64,000 nt of DNA from positions 15,785,101 through 15,849,100 of the forward strand of contig NC_134025.1 of NCBI RefSeq assembly GCF_964204645.1. Reading direction: 5' to 3'. The stretch comes from Tubulanus polymorphus (lineage: Eukaryota > Animalia > Nemertea). The position numbers and the translations under genes are program-made. Below the pieces are notes generated by a model. It was not told where the DNA came from. It saw only the letters and a list, made by a program, of their open reading frames with translations, and did not search any database. Within the stretch, counting starts at the first letter, position 1; every line of letters starts with the position of its first letter. Positions 15,001-30,000 of the stretch are shown in pieces.

Positions 15001-18000
15001 CTGAAATGTGCTTTTCCTGTCGATTTGAGTGATTTTGAATATCGACAATTACATTTTTCCGATAAAACGAATTATCGACGACCAAATGTCTTTTCTCGCG
15101 CTGAACGACGCTTTCGGGCCGAAATGTGCTTTTCCTGTCGATTTGAGTGATTTTGAATATCGACTTTTTCATTTTTTCGGTGGAACCAATAATCGACCAG
15201 CAAACGTCTTTTCTCGCGCTGAACGACGCTTACGGGCCGAAATGTGCTTTTCCTGTCGATTTGAGTGATTTTGAATATCGACTTTTTCATTTTTTCGATG
15301 GAACCAATAATCGACGACCAAACGTCTTATCTCGCGCTAAACGAAGTTTTCGGGACGAAATGTGCTTTTCCCGTCGATTTGAGTGCTTTTGCGCATCTAC
15401 ATTTACATTTTTCCGATAAAACGAAAAGTCGACGAGCAAACGTCTTTTCTCGCGCTTAACGACGTTTTCGGGCCGAAATGTGCTTTTCCCGTCGATTTGA
15501 GTGATTTTGAATATCGACTTTTTCATTTTTTCGATGGAATCAATAATCGACGAGCAAACGTCTTATCTCGCGCTAAACGAAGTTTTCGGGACGAAATGTG
15601 CTTTTCCCGTCGATTTGAGCGCTTTTGCGCATCGACATTTACATTTTTCCGATAAAACGAAAAGTCGACGAGCAAACGTCTTTTCTCTCTCTGAACGACG
15701 CTTTCGGGCCGAAATGTGCTTTCCTCGTCGATTTGAGCGCTTTTGCGCATCGACATTAACATTTTTCCAATAAAACGAATTATCGACGACCAAACGTCTT
15801 TTCTCGCGCTGAACGACGCTTTCGGGCCGAAATCTGCTTTTCCTGTCGATTTGAGTGATTTTGAATATCGACTTTTTCATTTTTTCGATGGAACCAATAA
15901 TCGACGAGCAAACGTCTTATCTCGCGCTAAACGAAGTTTTCGGGACGAAATGTGCTTTTCCCGTCGATTTGAGCGCTTTTGCGCATCTACATTTACATTT
16001 TTCCGATAAAACGAAAAGTCGACGAGCAAACGTCTTTTCTCGCGATTAACGACGTTTTCGGGCCGAAATGTGCTTTTCCCGTCGATTTGAATGATTTTGA
16101 ATATCGACTTTTTCATTTTTTCGATGGAACCAATAATCGACGAGCAAATGTCTTATCTCGCGCTAAACGAAGTTTTCGGGACGAAATGTGCTTTTCCCGT
16201 CGATTTGAGCGCTTTTGCGCATCGACATTTACATTTTTCCGATAAAACGAAAAGTCGACGAGCAAACGTCTTTTCTCGCGCTTAACGACGTTTTCGGGTC
16301 GAAATGTGCTTTTCCCGTCGATTTGAGTGATTTTGAATATCGACTTTTTCATTTTTTCGATGGAACCAATAATCGACGAGTAAACGTCTTTTCTCGCGCT
16401 AAACGACGTTTTCGGGCCGAAATGTGCTTTTCCCGTCGATTTGAGCGCTTTTGCGTATCGATAATTTACACTTTTCCGATAAAACGAAAAGTCGACGAGC
16501 AAACGTCTTTTCTCGCGCTTAACGACGTTTTCGGGCTGAAATGTGCTTTTCCCGTCGATTTGAGCGCTTTTACGCTTCGACATTTAGATTTTTCCGATCA
16601 AACGAAAAGTCGACGAGCAAACGTCTTTTCTCGCGCTTAACGACGTTTTCGGGCTGAAATGTGCTTTTCCTGTCGATTTGAGTGATTTTGAATATCGACT
16701 TTTTCATTTTTTCGGTGGAACCAATAATCGACCAGCAAACGTCTTTTCTCGCGCTGAACGACGCTTACGGGCCGAAATGTGCTTTTCCCGTCGATTTGAG
16801 TGATTTTGAATATCGACTTTTTCATTTTTTCGATGGAACCAATAATCGACGAGCAAACGTCTTATCTCGCGCTAAACGAAGTTTTCGGGACGAAATGTGC
16901 TTTTCCCGTCGATTTGAGCGCTTTTGCGCATCGACATTTACATTTCTCCGATAAAACGAAAAGTCGACGAGCAAACGTCTTTTCTCTCTCTGAACGACGC
17001 TTTCGGGCCGAAATGTGCTTTTCTCGTCGATTTGAGCGCTTTTGCGCATCGACATTAACATTTTTCCAATAAAACGAATTATCGACGACCAAACGTCTTT
17101 TCTCGCGCTGAACGACGCTTTCGGGCCGAAATCTGCTTTTCCTGTCGATTTGAGTGATTTTGAATATCGACTTTTTCATTTTTTCGATGGAACCAATAAT
17201 CGACGAGCAAACGTCTTATCTCGCGCTAAACGAAGTTTTCGGGACGAAATGTGCTTTTCCCGTCGATTTGAGCGCTTTTGCGCATCTACATTTACATTTT
17301 TCCGATAAAACGAAAAGTCGACGAGCAAACGTCTTTTCTCGCGATTAACGACGTTTTCGGGCCGAAATGTGCTTTTCCCGTCGATTTGAGTGATTTTGAA
17401 TATCGACATTAACATTTTTCCAATAAAACGAATTATCGACGACCAAACGTCTTTTCTCGCGCTGAACGACGCTTTCGGGCCGAAATCTGCTTTTCCTGTC
17501 GATTTGAGTGATTTTGAATATCGACTTTTTCATTTTTTCGATGGAACCAATAATCGACGAGCAAACGTCTTATCTCGCGCTAAACGAAGTTTTCGGGACG
17601 AAATGTGCTTTTCCCGTCGATTTGAGCGCTTTTGCGCATCTACATTTACATTTTTCCGATAAAACGAAAAGTCGACGAGCAAACGTCTTTTCTCGCGATT
17701 AACGACGTTTTCGGGCCGAAATGTGCTTTTCCCGTCGATTTGAGTGATTTTGAATATCGACTTTTTCATTTTTTCGATGGAATCAATAATCGACGAGCAA
17801 ACGTCTTATCTCGCGCTAAACGAAGTTTTCGGGACGAAATGTGCTTTTCCCCGTCGATTTGAGCGCTTTTGCGCATCGACATTTACATTTTTCCGATAAA
17901 ACGAAAAGTCGACGAGCAAACGTCTTTTCTCTTTCTGAACGACGCTTTCGGGCCGAAATGTGCTTTTCTCGTCGATTTGAGCGCTTTTGCGCATCGACAT

Positions 18001-21000
18001 TTACATTTTTCCGATAAAACGAAAAGTCGACGAGCAAACGTCTTTTCTCGCGCTTAACGACGTTTTCGGGCCGAAATGTGCTTTTCCCGTCGATTTGAGC
18101 GCTTTTGCGCTTAGACATTTACATTTTTCCGATAAAACGAAAAGTCGACGAGCAAACGTCTTTTCTCGCGCTTAACGACGTTTTCGGGCCGAAATGTGCT
18201 TTTCCCGTCGATTTGAGTGATTTTGAATATCGACTTTTTCATTTTTTCGATGGAATCAATAATCGACGAGCAAACGTCTTATCTCGCGCTAAACGAAGTT
18301 TTCGGGACGAAATGTGCTTTTCCCGTCAATTTGAGCGCTCTTGCGCATCGACATTTACATTTTTCCGATAAAACGAAAAGTCGACGAGCAAACGTCTTTT
18401 CTCTCTCTGAACGACGCTTTCGGGCCGAAATGTGCTTTTCTCGTCGATTTGAGCGCTTTTGCGCATCGACATTAACATTTTTCCAATAAAACGAATTATC
18501 GACGACCAAACGTCTTTTCTCGCGCTGAACGACGCTTTCGGGCCGAAATCTGCTTTTCCTGTCGATTTGAGTGATTTTGAATATCGACTTTTTCATTTTT
18601 TCGATGGAACCAATAATCGACGAGCAAAACGTCTTTTCTCGCGCTAAACGACGTTTTCGGGCCGAAATGTGCTTTTCCCGTCGATTTGAGCGCTTTTGCG
18701 CATCGACATTTGCATTTTTCCGATAAAACGAAAAGTCGACGAGCAAACGTCTTTTCTCGCGCTTAACGACGTTTTCGGGCTGAAATGTGCTTTTCCCGTC
18801 GATTTGAGCGCTTTTACGCTTCGACATTTAGATTTTTCCGATAAAACGAAAAGTCGACGAGCAAACGTCTTTTCTCGCGCTTAACGACGTTTTCGGGCTG
18901 AAATGTGCTTTTCCTGTCGATTTGAGTGATTTTGAATATCGACAATTACATTTTTCCGATAAAACGAATTATCGACGACCAAATGTCTTTTCTCGCGCTG
19001 AACGACGCTTTCGGGCCGAAATGTGCTTTTCCTGTCGATTTGAGTGATTTTGAATATCGACTTTTTCATTTTTTCGGTGGAACCAATAATCGACCAGCAA
19101 ACGTCTTTTCTCGCGCTGAACGACGCTTACGGGCCGAAATGTGCTTTTCCTGTCGATTTGAGTGATTTTGAATATCGACTTTTTCATTTTTTCGATGGAA
19201 CCAATAATCGACGACCAAACGTCTTATCTCGCGCTAAACGAAGTTTTCGGGACGAAATGTGCTTTTCCCGTCGATTTGAGTGGCTTTTGCGCATCTACAT
19301 TTACATTTTTCCGATAAAACGAAAAGTCGACGAGCAAACGTCTTTTCTCGCGCTTAACGACGTTTTCGGGCCGAAATGTGCTTTTCCCGTCGATTTGAGT
19401 GATTTTGAATATCGACTTTTTCATTTTTTCGATGGAATCAATAATCGACGAGCAAACGTCTTATCTCGCGCTAAACGAAGTTTTCGGGACGAAATGTGCT
19501 TTTCCCGTCGATTTGAGCGCTTTTGCGCATCGACATTTACATTTTTCCGATAAAACAAAAGTCGACGAGCAAACGTCTTTTCTCTCTCTGAACGACGCTT
19601 TCGGGCCGAAATGTGCTTTCCTCGTCGATTTGAGCGCTTTTGCGCATCGACATTAACATTTTTCCAATAAAACGAATTATCGACGACCAAACGTCTTTTC
19701 TCGCGCTGAACGACGCTTTCGGGCCGAAATCTGCTTTTCCTGTCGATTTGAGTGATTTTGAATATCGACTTTTTCATTTTTTCGATGGAACCAATAATCG
19801 ACGAGCAAACGTCTTATCTCGCGCTAAACGAAGTTTTCGGGACGAAATGTGCTTTTCCCGTCGATTTGAGCGCTTTTGCGCATCTACATTTACATTTTTC
19901 CGATAAAACGAAAAGTCGACGAGCAAACGTCTTTTCTCGCGATTAACGACGTTTTCGGGCCGAAATGTGCTTTTCCCGTCGATTTGAATGATTTTGAATA
20001 TCGACTTTTTCATTTTTTCGATGGAATCAATAATCGACGAGCAAACGTCTTATCTCGCGCTAAACGAAGTTTTCGGGACGAAATGTGCTTTTCCCCGTCG
20101 ATTTGAGCGCTTTTGCGCATCGACATTTACATTTTTCCGATAAAACGAAAAGTCGACGAGCAAACGTCTTTTCTCTCTCTGAACGACGCTTTCGGGCCGA
20201 AATGTGCTTTTCTCGTCGATTTGAGCGCTTTTGCGCATCGACATTTACATTTTTCCGATAAAACGAAAAGTCGACGAGCAAACGTCTTTTCTCGCGCTTA
20301 ACGACGTTTTCGGGCCGAAATGTGCTTTTCCCGTCGATTTGAGCGCTTTTGCGCTTCGACATTTACATTTTTCCGATAAAACGAAAAGTCGACGAGCAAA
20401 CGTCTTTTCTCGCGCTTAACGACGTTTTCGGGCCGAAATGTGCTTTTCCCGTCGATTTGAGTGATTTTGAATATCGACTTTTTCATTTTTTCGATGGAAT
20501 CAATAATCGACGAGCAAACGTCTTATCTCGCGCTAAACGAAGTTTTCGGGACGAAATGTGCTTTTCCCGTCGATTTGAGCGCTCTTGCGCATCGACATTT
20601 ACATTTTTCCGATAAAACGAAAAGTCGACGAGCAAACGTCTTTTCTCTCTCTGAACGACGCTTTCGGGCCGAAATGTGCTTTTCTCGTCGATTTGAGCGC
20701 TTTTGCGCATCGACATTAACATTTTTCCAATAAAACGAATTATCGACGACCAAACGTCTTTTCTCGCGCTGAACGGCGCTTTCGGGCCGAAATCTGCTTT
20801 TCCTGTCGATTTGAGTGATTTTGAATATCGACTTTTTCATTTTTTCGATGGAACCAATAATCGACGAGCAAAACGTCTTTTCTCGCGCTAAACGACGTTT
20901 TCGGGCCGAAATGTGCTTTTCCCGTCGATTTGAGCGCTTTTGCGCATCGACATTTGCATTTTTCCGATAAAACGAAAAGTCGACGAGCAAACGTCTTTTC

Positions 21001-24000
21001 TCGCGCTTAACGACGTTTTCGGGCTGAAATGTGCTTTTCCTGTCGATTTGAGTGATTTTGAATATCGACAATTACATTTTTCCGATAAAACGAATTATCG
21101 ACGAGCAAATGTCTTTTCTCGCGCTGAACGACGCTTTCGGTCCGAAATGTGCTTTTCCTGTCGATTTGAGTGATTTTGAATATCGACTTTTTCATTTTTT
21201 CGATGGAACCAATAATCGACCAGCAAACGTCTTTTCTCGCGCTGAACGACGCTTACGGGCCGAAATGTGCTTTTCCCGTCGATTTGAGCGCTTTTGCGCT
21301 TCGACATTTTCGTTTTTCCGATAGGGGGAATATTTGATACGAAAACGTCTTTTCTCGCGCTGAACGACTTTTCCGGGTCGAAAAGTGCTTTTCCTGACGA
21401 TTTGAGCCCTTTTACGCATCGACCTTTTTCGTTTTTCCGATAGAGGGAATATTTGATAGGAAAACGTCTTTTCTCGAGCTTAACGACGTTTTCGGGTGGA
21501 AATGTGCTTTTCCCGTCGATTTGAGTAATTTTGAATATCGACTTTTTCATTTTTTCGTTGGAATCAATAATCGACGAGCAAACGTCTTATCTCGCGCTAA
21601 AGGAAGTTTTCGGGACGAAATGTGCTTTTCCCGTCGATTTGAGCGTTTTGCGCATCGACATTTTTCCGATAAAACGAAAAGTCGACGACCAAACGTCTTT
21701 TCTCGCGCTAAACGATGTTTTCGGGCCGAAATGTGCTTTTCCCGTCGATTTGAGCGCTTTTGCGCATCGACTTTTTCATTTTTCCGATAAAACGAAAAGT
21801 CGACGAGCAAACGTCTTTTCTCGCGCTAAACGACGTTTTCGGGCAGAAATGTGCTTTTCCCGTCGATTTGAGCGCTTCTGCGTATCGACAATTTTATTTT
21901 TCCGATGAAACGAAATATCGACGACCAAACGTCTTTTCTCGCGCTGAACGACGCTTTCGGGCCGAAATGTGCTTTTCCAGTCGATTTGAGTGATTTTGAA
22001 TGTCGACTTTTTCATTTTTTCGATGGAACCAATAATCGACGAGCAAACGTCTTTTCTCGCGCTAAACGATGTTTTCGGGCCGAAATGTGCTTTTCCCGTC
22101 GATTTGAGTGCTTTTGCGCTTCGACATTTACATTTTTCCGATAAAACGAAAAGTCGACGAGCAAACGTCTTTTCTCGCGCTTAACGACGTTTTCGGGCCG
22201 AAATGTGCTTTTCCCGTCGATTTGAGCGCTTTTGCGCTTCGACATTTACATTTTTCCGATAAAACGAAAAGTCGACGAGCAAACGTCTTTTCTCGCGCTT
22301 AACGACGCTTTCGGGCCGAAATGTGCTTTTCCCGTTGATTTGAGTGATTTTGAATATCGACATTTTCATTTTTTCGATGGAACCAATAATCGACGAGCAA
22401 ATGTCTTATCTCGCGCTAAACGAAGTTTTCGGGACGAAATGTGCTTTTCCCGTCGATTTGAGCGCTTTTGCGCATCGACATTTACATTTTTTCCGATAAA
22501 ACGAAAAGTCGACGAGCAAACGTCTTTTCTCGCGCTTAACGACGTTTTCGGGTCGAAATGTGCTTTCCCGTCGATTTGAGTGATTTTGAATATCGACTTT
22601 TTCATTTTTTCGATGGAACCAATAATCGACGAGTAAACGTCTTTTCTCGCGCTAAACGACGTTTTCGGGCCGAAATGTGCTTTTCCAGTCGATTTGAGCG
22701 CTTTTGCGCATCGACATTTACATTTTTCCGATAAAACGAAAAGTCGACGAGCAAATGTCTTTTCTCGCGCTAAACGACGTTTTCGGGCCGAAATGTGCTT
22801 TTTCCGTCAATTTGAGCGCTTCTGAGTATCGACAATTTTATTTTTCCGATGAAACGAAATATCGACGACCAAACGTCTTTTCTCGCGCTGAACGACGCTT
22901 TCGGGCCGAAATGTGCTTTTCCAGTCGATTTGAGTGATTTTGAATGTCGACTTTTTCATTTTTTCGATGGAAGCAATAATCGACGAGCAAACGTCTTTTC
23001 TCGCGCTAAACGATGTTTTCGGGCCGAAATGTGCTTTTCCCGTCGATTTGAGTGCTTTTGCGCTTCGACATTTACATTTTCCCGATAAAAAGAAAAGTCG
23101 ACGAGCAAACGTCTTTTCTCTCTCCGAACGACGCTTTCGGGCCGAAATGTGCTTTTCTCGTCGATTTGAGCGCTTTTGCGCATCGACATTAACATTTTTC
23201 CAATAAAAGGAATTATCGACGACCAAACGTCTTTTCTCGCGCTGAACGACGCTTTCGGGCCGAAATCTGCTTTTCCTGTCGATTTGAGTGATTTTGAATA
23301 TCGACTTTTTCATTTTTTCGATGGAACCAATAATCGACCAGCAAACGTCTTTTCTCGCGCTGAACGACGCTTACGGGCCGAAATGTGCTTTTCCCGTCGA
23401 TTTGAGCGCTTTTGCGCTTCGACATTTTCGTTTTTCCGATAGGGGGAATATTTGATACGAAAACGTCTTTTCTCGCGCTAAACGACTTTTCCGGGTCGAA
23501 AAGTGCTTTTCCTGACGATTTGAGCCCTTTTACGCATCGACCTTTTTCGTTTTTCCGATAGAGGGAATATTTGATAGGAAAACGTCTTTTCTCGAGCTTA
23601 ACGACGTTTTCGGGTGGAAATGTGCTTTTCCCGTCGATTTGAGTAATTTTGAATATCGACTTTTTCATTTTTTCGTTGGAATCAATAATCGACGAGCAAA
23701 CGTCTTATCTCGCGCTAAAGGAAGTTTTCGGGACGAAATGTGCTTTTCCCGTCGATTTGAGCGTTTTGCGCATCGACATTTTTCCGATAAAACGAAAAGT
23801 CGACGACCAAACGTCTTTTCTCGCGCTAAACGATGTTTTCGGGCCGAAATGTGCTTTTCCCGTCGATTTGAGCGCTTTTGCGCATCGACTTTTTCATTTT
23901 TCCGATAAAACGAAAAGTCGACGAGCAAACGTCTTTTCTCGCGCTAAACGACGTTTTCGGGCAGAAATGTGCTTTTCCCGTCGATTTGAGCGCTTCTGCG

Positions 24001-27000
24001 TATCGACAATTTTATTTTTCCGATGAAACGAAATATCGACGACCAAACGTCTTTTCTCGCGCTGAACGACGCTTTCGGGCCGAAATGTGCTTTTCCAGTC
24101 GATTTGAGTGATTTTGAATGTCGACTTTTTCATTTTTTCGATGGAACCAATAATCGACGAGCAAACGTCTTTTCTCGCGCTAAACGATGTTTTCGGGCCG
24201 AAATGTGCTTTTCCCGTCGATTTGAGTGCTTTTGCGCTTCGACATTTACATTTTTCCGATAAAACGAAAAGTCGACGAGCAAACGTCTTTTCTCGCGCTT
24301 AACGACGTTTTCGGGCCGAAATGTGCTTTTCCCGTCGATTTGAGCGCTTTTGCGCTTCGACATTTACATTTTTCCGATAAAACGAAAAGTCGACGAGCAA
24401 ACGTCTTTTCTCGCGCTTAACGACGCTTTCGGGCCGAAATGTGCTTTTCCCGTTGATTTGAGTGATTTTGAATATCGACATTTTCATTTTTTCGATGGAA
24501 CCAATAATCGACGAGCAAATGTCTTATCTCGCGCTAAACGAAGTTTTCGGGACGAAATGTGCTTTTCCCGTCGTTTTGAGCGCTTTTGCGCATCGACATT
24601 TACATTTTTCCGATAAAACGAAAAGTCGACGAGCAAACGTCTTTTCTCGCGCTTAACGACGTTTTCGGGTCGAAATGTGCTTTTCCCGTCGATTTGAGTG
24701 ATTTTGAATATCGACTTTTTCATTTTTTCGATGGAACCAATAATCGACGAGTAAACGTCTTTTCTCGCGCTAAACGACGTTTTCGGGCCGAAATGTGCTT
24801 TTCCAGTCGATTTGAGCGCTTTTGCGCATCGACATTTACATTTTTCCGATAAAACGAAAAGTCGACGAGCAAATGTCTTTTCTCGCGCTAAACGACGTTT
24901 TCGGGCCGAAATGTGCTTTTTCCGTCAATTTGAGCGCTTCTGAGTATCGACAATTTTATTTTTCCGATGAAACGAAATATCGACGACCAAACGTCTTTTC
25001 TCGCGCTGAACGACGCTTTCGGGCCGAAATGTGCTTTTCCAGTCGATTTGAGTGATTTTGAATGTCGACTTTTTCATTTTTTCGATGGAACCAATAATCG
25101 ACGAGCAAACGTCTTTTCTCGCGCTAAACGATGTTTTCGGGCCGAAATGTGCTTTTCCCGTCGATTTGAGTGCTTTTGCGCTTCGACATTTACATTTTCC
25201 CGATAAAAAGAAAAGTCGACGAGCAAACGTCTTTTCTCTCTCCGAACGACGCTTTCGGGCCGAAATGTGCTTTTCTCGTCGATTTGAGCGCTTTTGCGCA
25301 TCGACATTAACATTTTTCCAATAAAAGGAATTATCGACGACCAAACGTCTTTTCTCGCGCTGAACGACGCTTTCGGGCCGAAATCTGCTTTTCCTGTCGA
25401 TTTGAGTGATTTTGAATATCGACTTTTTCATTTTTTCGATGGAACCAATAATCGACGAGCAAAACGTTTTTTCTCGCGCTAAACGACGTTTTCGGGCCGA
25501 AATGTGCTTTTCCCGTCGATTTGAGCGCTTTTGCGCATCGACATTTACATTTTTCCGATAAAACGAAAAGTCGACGAGCAAACGTCTTTTCTCGCGCTTA
25601 ACGACGTTTTCGGGCCGAAATGTGCTTTTCCCGTCGATTTGAGCGCTTTTGCGCTTCGACATTTACATTTTTCCGATAAAACGAAAAGTCGACGAGCAAA
25701 CGTCTTTTCACGCGCTTAACGACGCTTTCGGGCCGAAATGTGCTTTTCCCGTTGATTTGAGTGATTTTGAATATCGACTTTTTCATTTTTTCGATGGAAC
25801 CAATAATCGACAGGCAAATGTCTTATCTCGCGCTAAACGAAGTTTTCGGGACGAAATGTGCTTTTCCCGTCGATTTGAGCGCTTTTGCGCATCGACATTT
25901 ACATTTTTCCGATAAAACGAAAAGTCGACGAGCAAACGTCTTTTCTCGCGCTTAACGACGTTTTCGGGTCGAAATGTGCTTTTCCCGTCGATTTGAGTGA
26001 TTTTGAATATCGACTTTTTCATTTTTTCGATGGAACCAATAATCGACGAGTAAACGTCTTTTCTCGCGCTAAACGACGTTTTCGGGCCGAAATGTGCTTT
26101 TCCCGTCGATTTGAGCGCTTTTGCGTATCAACATTTACATTTTTCCGATAAAACGAAAAGTCGACGAGCAAACGTCTTTTCTCGCGCTTAACGACGTTTT
26201 CGGGCCGAAATGTGCTTTTCCCGTCGATTTGAGCGCTTTTGCGCTTCGACATTTACATTTTTCCGATAAAACGAAAAGTCGACGAGCAAACGTCTTTTCT
26301 CGCGCTTAACGACGCTTTCGGGCCGAAATGTGCTTTTCCCGTTGATTTGAGTGATTTTGAATATCGACTTTTTCATTTTTTCGATGGAACCAATAATCGA
26401 CAGGCAAATGTCTTATCTCGCGCTAAAAGAAGTTTTCGGGACGAAATGTGCTTTTCCCGTCGATTTGAGCGCTTTTGCGCATCGACATTTACATTTTTCC
26501 GATAAAACGAAAAGTCGACGAGCAAACGTCTTTTCTCGCGCTTAACGACGTTTTCGGGTCGAAATGTGCTTTTCCCGTCGATTTGAGTGATTTTGAATAT
26601 CGACTTTTTCATTTTTTCGATGGAACCAATAATCGACGAGTAAACGTCTTTTCTCGCGCTAAACGACGTTTTCGGGCCGAAATGTGCTTTTCCCGTCGAT
26701 TTGAGCGCTTTTGCGTATCAACATTTACATTTTTCCGATAAAACGAAAAGTCGACGAGCAAACGTCTTTTCTCGCGCTTAACGACGTTTTCGGGCCGAAA
26801 TGTGCTTTTCCCGTCGATTTGAGCGCTTTTGCGCTTCGACATTTACATTTTTCCGATAAAACGAAAAGTCGACGAGCAAACGTCTTTTCTCGCGCTAAAC
26901 GACGTTTTCGGGCCGAAATGTGCTTTTCCCGTCGATTTGAGCGCTCTTGCGCTTCGACATTTACATTTTTCCGATAAAACGAAAAGTCGACGAGCAAACG

Positions 27001-30000
27001 TCTTTTCTCGCGCTTAACGACGTTTTCGGGTAGAAATGTGCTTTTCCCGTCGATTTGAGTGATTTTGAATATCGACTTTTTCATTTTTTCGATGGAACCA
27101 ATAATCGACGAGCAAATGTCTTATCTCGCGCTAAACGAAGTTTTCGGGACGAAATGTGCTTTTCCCGTCGATTTGAGCGCTTTTGCGCATCGACATTTAC
27201 ATTTTTCCGATAAAACGAAAAGTCGACGAGCAAACGTCTTTTCTCGCGCTTAACGACGTTTTCGGGTCGAAATGTGCTTTTCCCGTCGATTTGAGTGATT
27301 TTGAATATCGACATTTTCATTTTTTCGATGGAACCAATAATCGACGAGTAAACGTCTTTTCTCGCGCTAAACGACGTTTTCGGGCCGAAATGTGCCTTTT
27401 GTGTGAAATGACTTTTCCCGTCGATTTGAGCGCTTTTGCGCTTCGACATTTACATTTTTCCGATAAAACGAAAAGTCGACGAGCAAACGTCTTTTCTCGA
27501 GCTTAACGACGTTTTCGGGCGGAAATGTGCTTTTCCCGTCGATTTGAGCGCTTCTGCGTATCGACAATTTTATTTTTCCGATGAAACGAAATATCGACGA
27601 CCAAACGTCTTTTCTCGCGCTGAACGACGCTTTCGGGCCGAAATGTGCTTTTCCAGTCGATTTGAGTGATTTTGAATGTCGACTTTTTCATTTTTTCGAT
27701 GGAACCAATAATCGACGAGCAAACGTCTTTTCTCGCGCTAAACGATGTTTTCGGGCCGAAATGTGCTTTTCCCGTCGATTTGAGTGCTTTTGCGCTTCGA
27801 CATTTACATTTTTCCGATAAAACGAAAAGTCGACGAGCAAACGTCTTTTCTCTCTCTGAACGACGCTTTCGGGCCGAAATGTGCTTTTCTCGTCGATTTG
27901 AGCGCTTTTGCGCATCGACATTAACATTTTTCCGATAAAACGAATTATCGACGACCAAACGTCTTTTCTCGCGCTGAACGACGCTTTCGGGCCGAAATCT
28001 GCTTTTCCTGTCGATTTGAGTGATTTTGAATATCGACTTTTTCATTTTTTCGATGGAACCAATAATCGACGAGCAAAACGTCTTTTCTCGCGATAAACGA
28101 CGTTTTCGGGCCGAAATGTGCTTTTCCCGTCGATTTGAGCGCTTTTGCGCATCGACATTTACATTTTTCCGATAAAACGAAAAGTCGACGAGCAAACGTC
28201 TTTTCTCGCGCTTTACGACGTTTTCGGGCTGAAATGTGCTTTTCCCGTCGATTTGAGCGCTTTTACGCTTCGACATTTAGATTTTTCCGATAAAACGAAA
28301 AGTCGACGAGCAAACGTCTTTTCTCGCGCTTAACGACGTTTTCGGGCTGAAATGTGCTTTTCCTATCGATTTGAGTGATTTTGAATATCGACAATTACAT
28401 TTTTCCGATTAAACGAATTATCGACGACCAAACGTCTTTTCTCGCGCTGAACGACGCTTTCGGGCCGAAATGTGCTTTTCCTGTCGATTTGAGTGATTTT
28501 GAATATCGACTTTATCATTTTTTCGATGGAACCAATAATCGACCAGCAAACGTCTTTTCTCGCGCTGAACGACGCTTACGGGCCGAAATGTGCTTTTCCT
28601 GTCGATTTGAGTGATTTTGAATATCGACTTTTTCATTTTTTCGATGGAACCAATAATCGACGAGCAAACGTCTTATCTCGCGCTAAACGAAGTTTTCGGG
28701 ACGAAATGTGCTTTTCCCGTCGATTTGAGCGCTTTTGCGCATCTACATTTACATTTTTCCGATAAAACGAAAAGTCGACGAGCAAACGTCTTTTCTCGCG
28801 CTTAACGACGTTTTCGGGCCGAAATGTGCTTTTCCCGTCGATTTGAGTGATTTTGAATATCGACTTTTTCATTGTTTCGATGGAATCAATAATCGACGAG
28901 CAAACGTCTTATCTCGCGCTAAACGAAGTTTTCGGGACGAAATGTGCTTTTCCCGTCGATTTGAGCGCTTTTGCGCGTCGTTTTTTTCATTTTTCCGATA
29001 AAACGAAAAGTCGACGACTAAACGTCTTTTCTCGCGCTAAACGTTGTTTTCGGGCCGAAATGTGCTTTTCCAGTCGATTTGAGCGCTTTTGCGCATCGAC
29101 TTTTTCATTTTTCCGATAAAACGAAAAGTCGATGAGCAAATGTCTTTTCTCGCGCTAAACGACGTTTTCGGGCCGAAATGTGCTTTTTCCATCAATTTGA
29201 GCGCTTCTGCGTATCGACAATTTTGTTTTTCCGATAAAACGAAATATCGACGACCAAACGTCTTTTCTCGCGTTTAACGACGTTTTCGGGCCGAAATGTG
29301 CTTTTCCCGTCGATTTGAGCGCTTTTGCGCTTCGACATTTACATTTTTCCGATAAAACGAATTATCGACGACCAAACGTCTTTTCTCGCGCTGAACGACG
29401 CTTTCGGGCCGAAATCTGCTTTTCCTGTCGATTTGAGTGATTTTGAATATCGACTTTTTCATTTTTTCGATGGAACCAATAATCGACGAGTAAACGTCTT
29501 TTCTCGCGCTAAACGACGTTTTCGGGCCGAAATGTGCTTTTCCCGTCGATTTGAGCGCTTTTGCGCATCTACATTTACATTTTTCCGATAAAACGAAAAG
29601 TCGACGAGCAAACGTCTTTTCTCGCGCTTAACGACGTTTTCGGGTCGAAATGTGCTTTTCCCGTCGATTTGAGTGATTTTGAATATCGACTTTTTCATTT
29701 TTTCGATGGAACCAATAATCGACGACTAAACGTCTTTTCTCGCGCTAAACGTTTTTTTCGGGCCGAAATGTGCTTTTCCAGTCGATTTGAGCGCTTTTGC
29801 GCATCGACTTTTTCATTTTTCCGATAAAACGAAAAGTCGACGAGCAAATGTCTTTTCTCGCGCTAAACGACGTTTTCGGGCCGAAATGTGCTTTTTCCAT
29901 CAATTTGAGCGCTTCTGCGTATCGACAATTTTGTTTTTCCGATAAAACGAAATATCGACGACCAAACGTCTTTTCTCGCGCTTAACGACGTTTTCGGGCC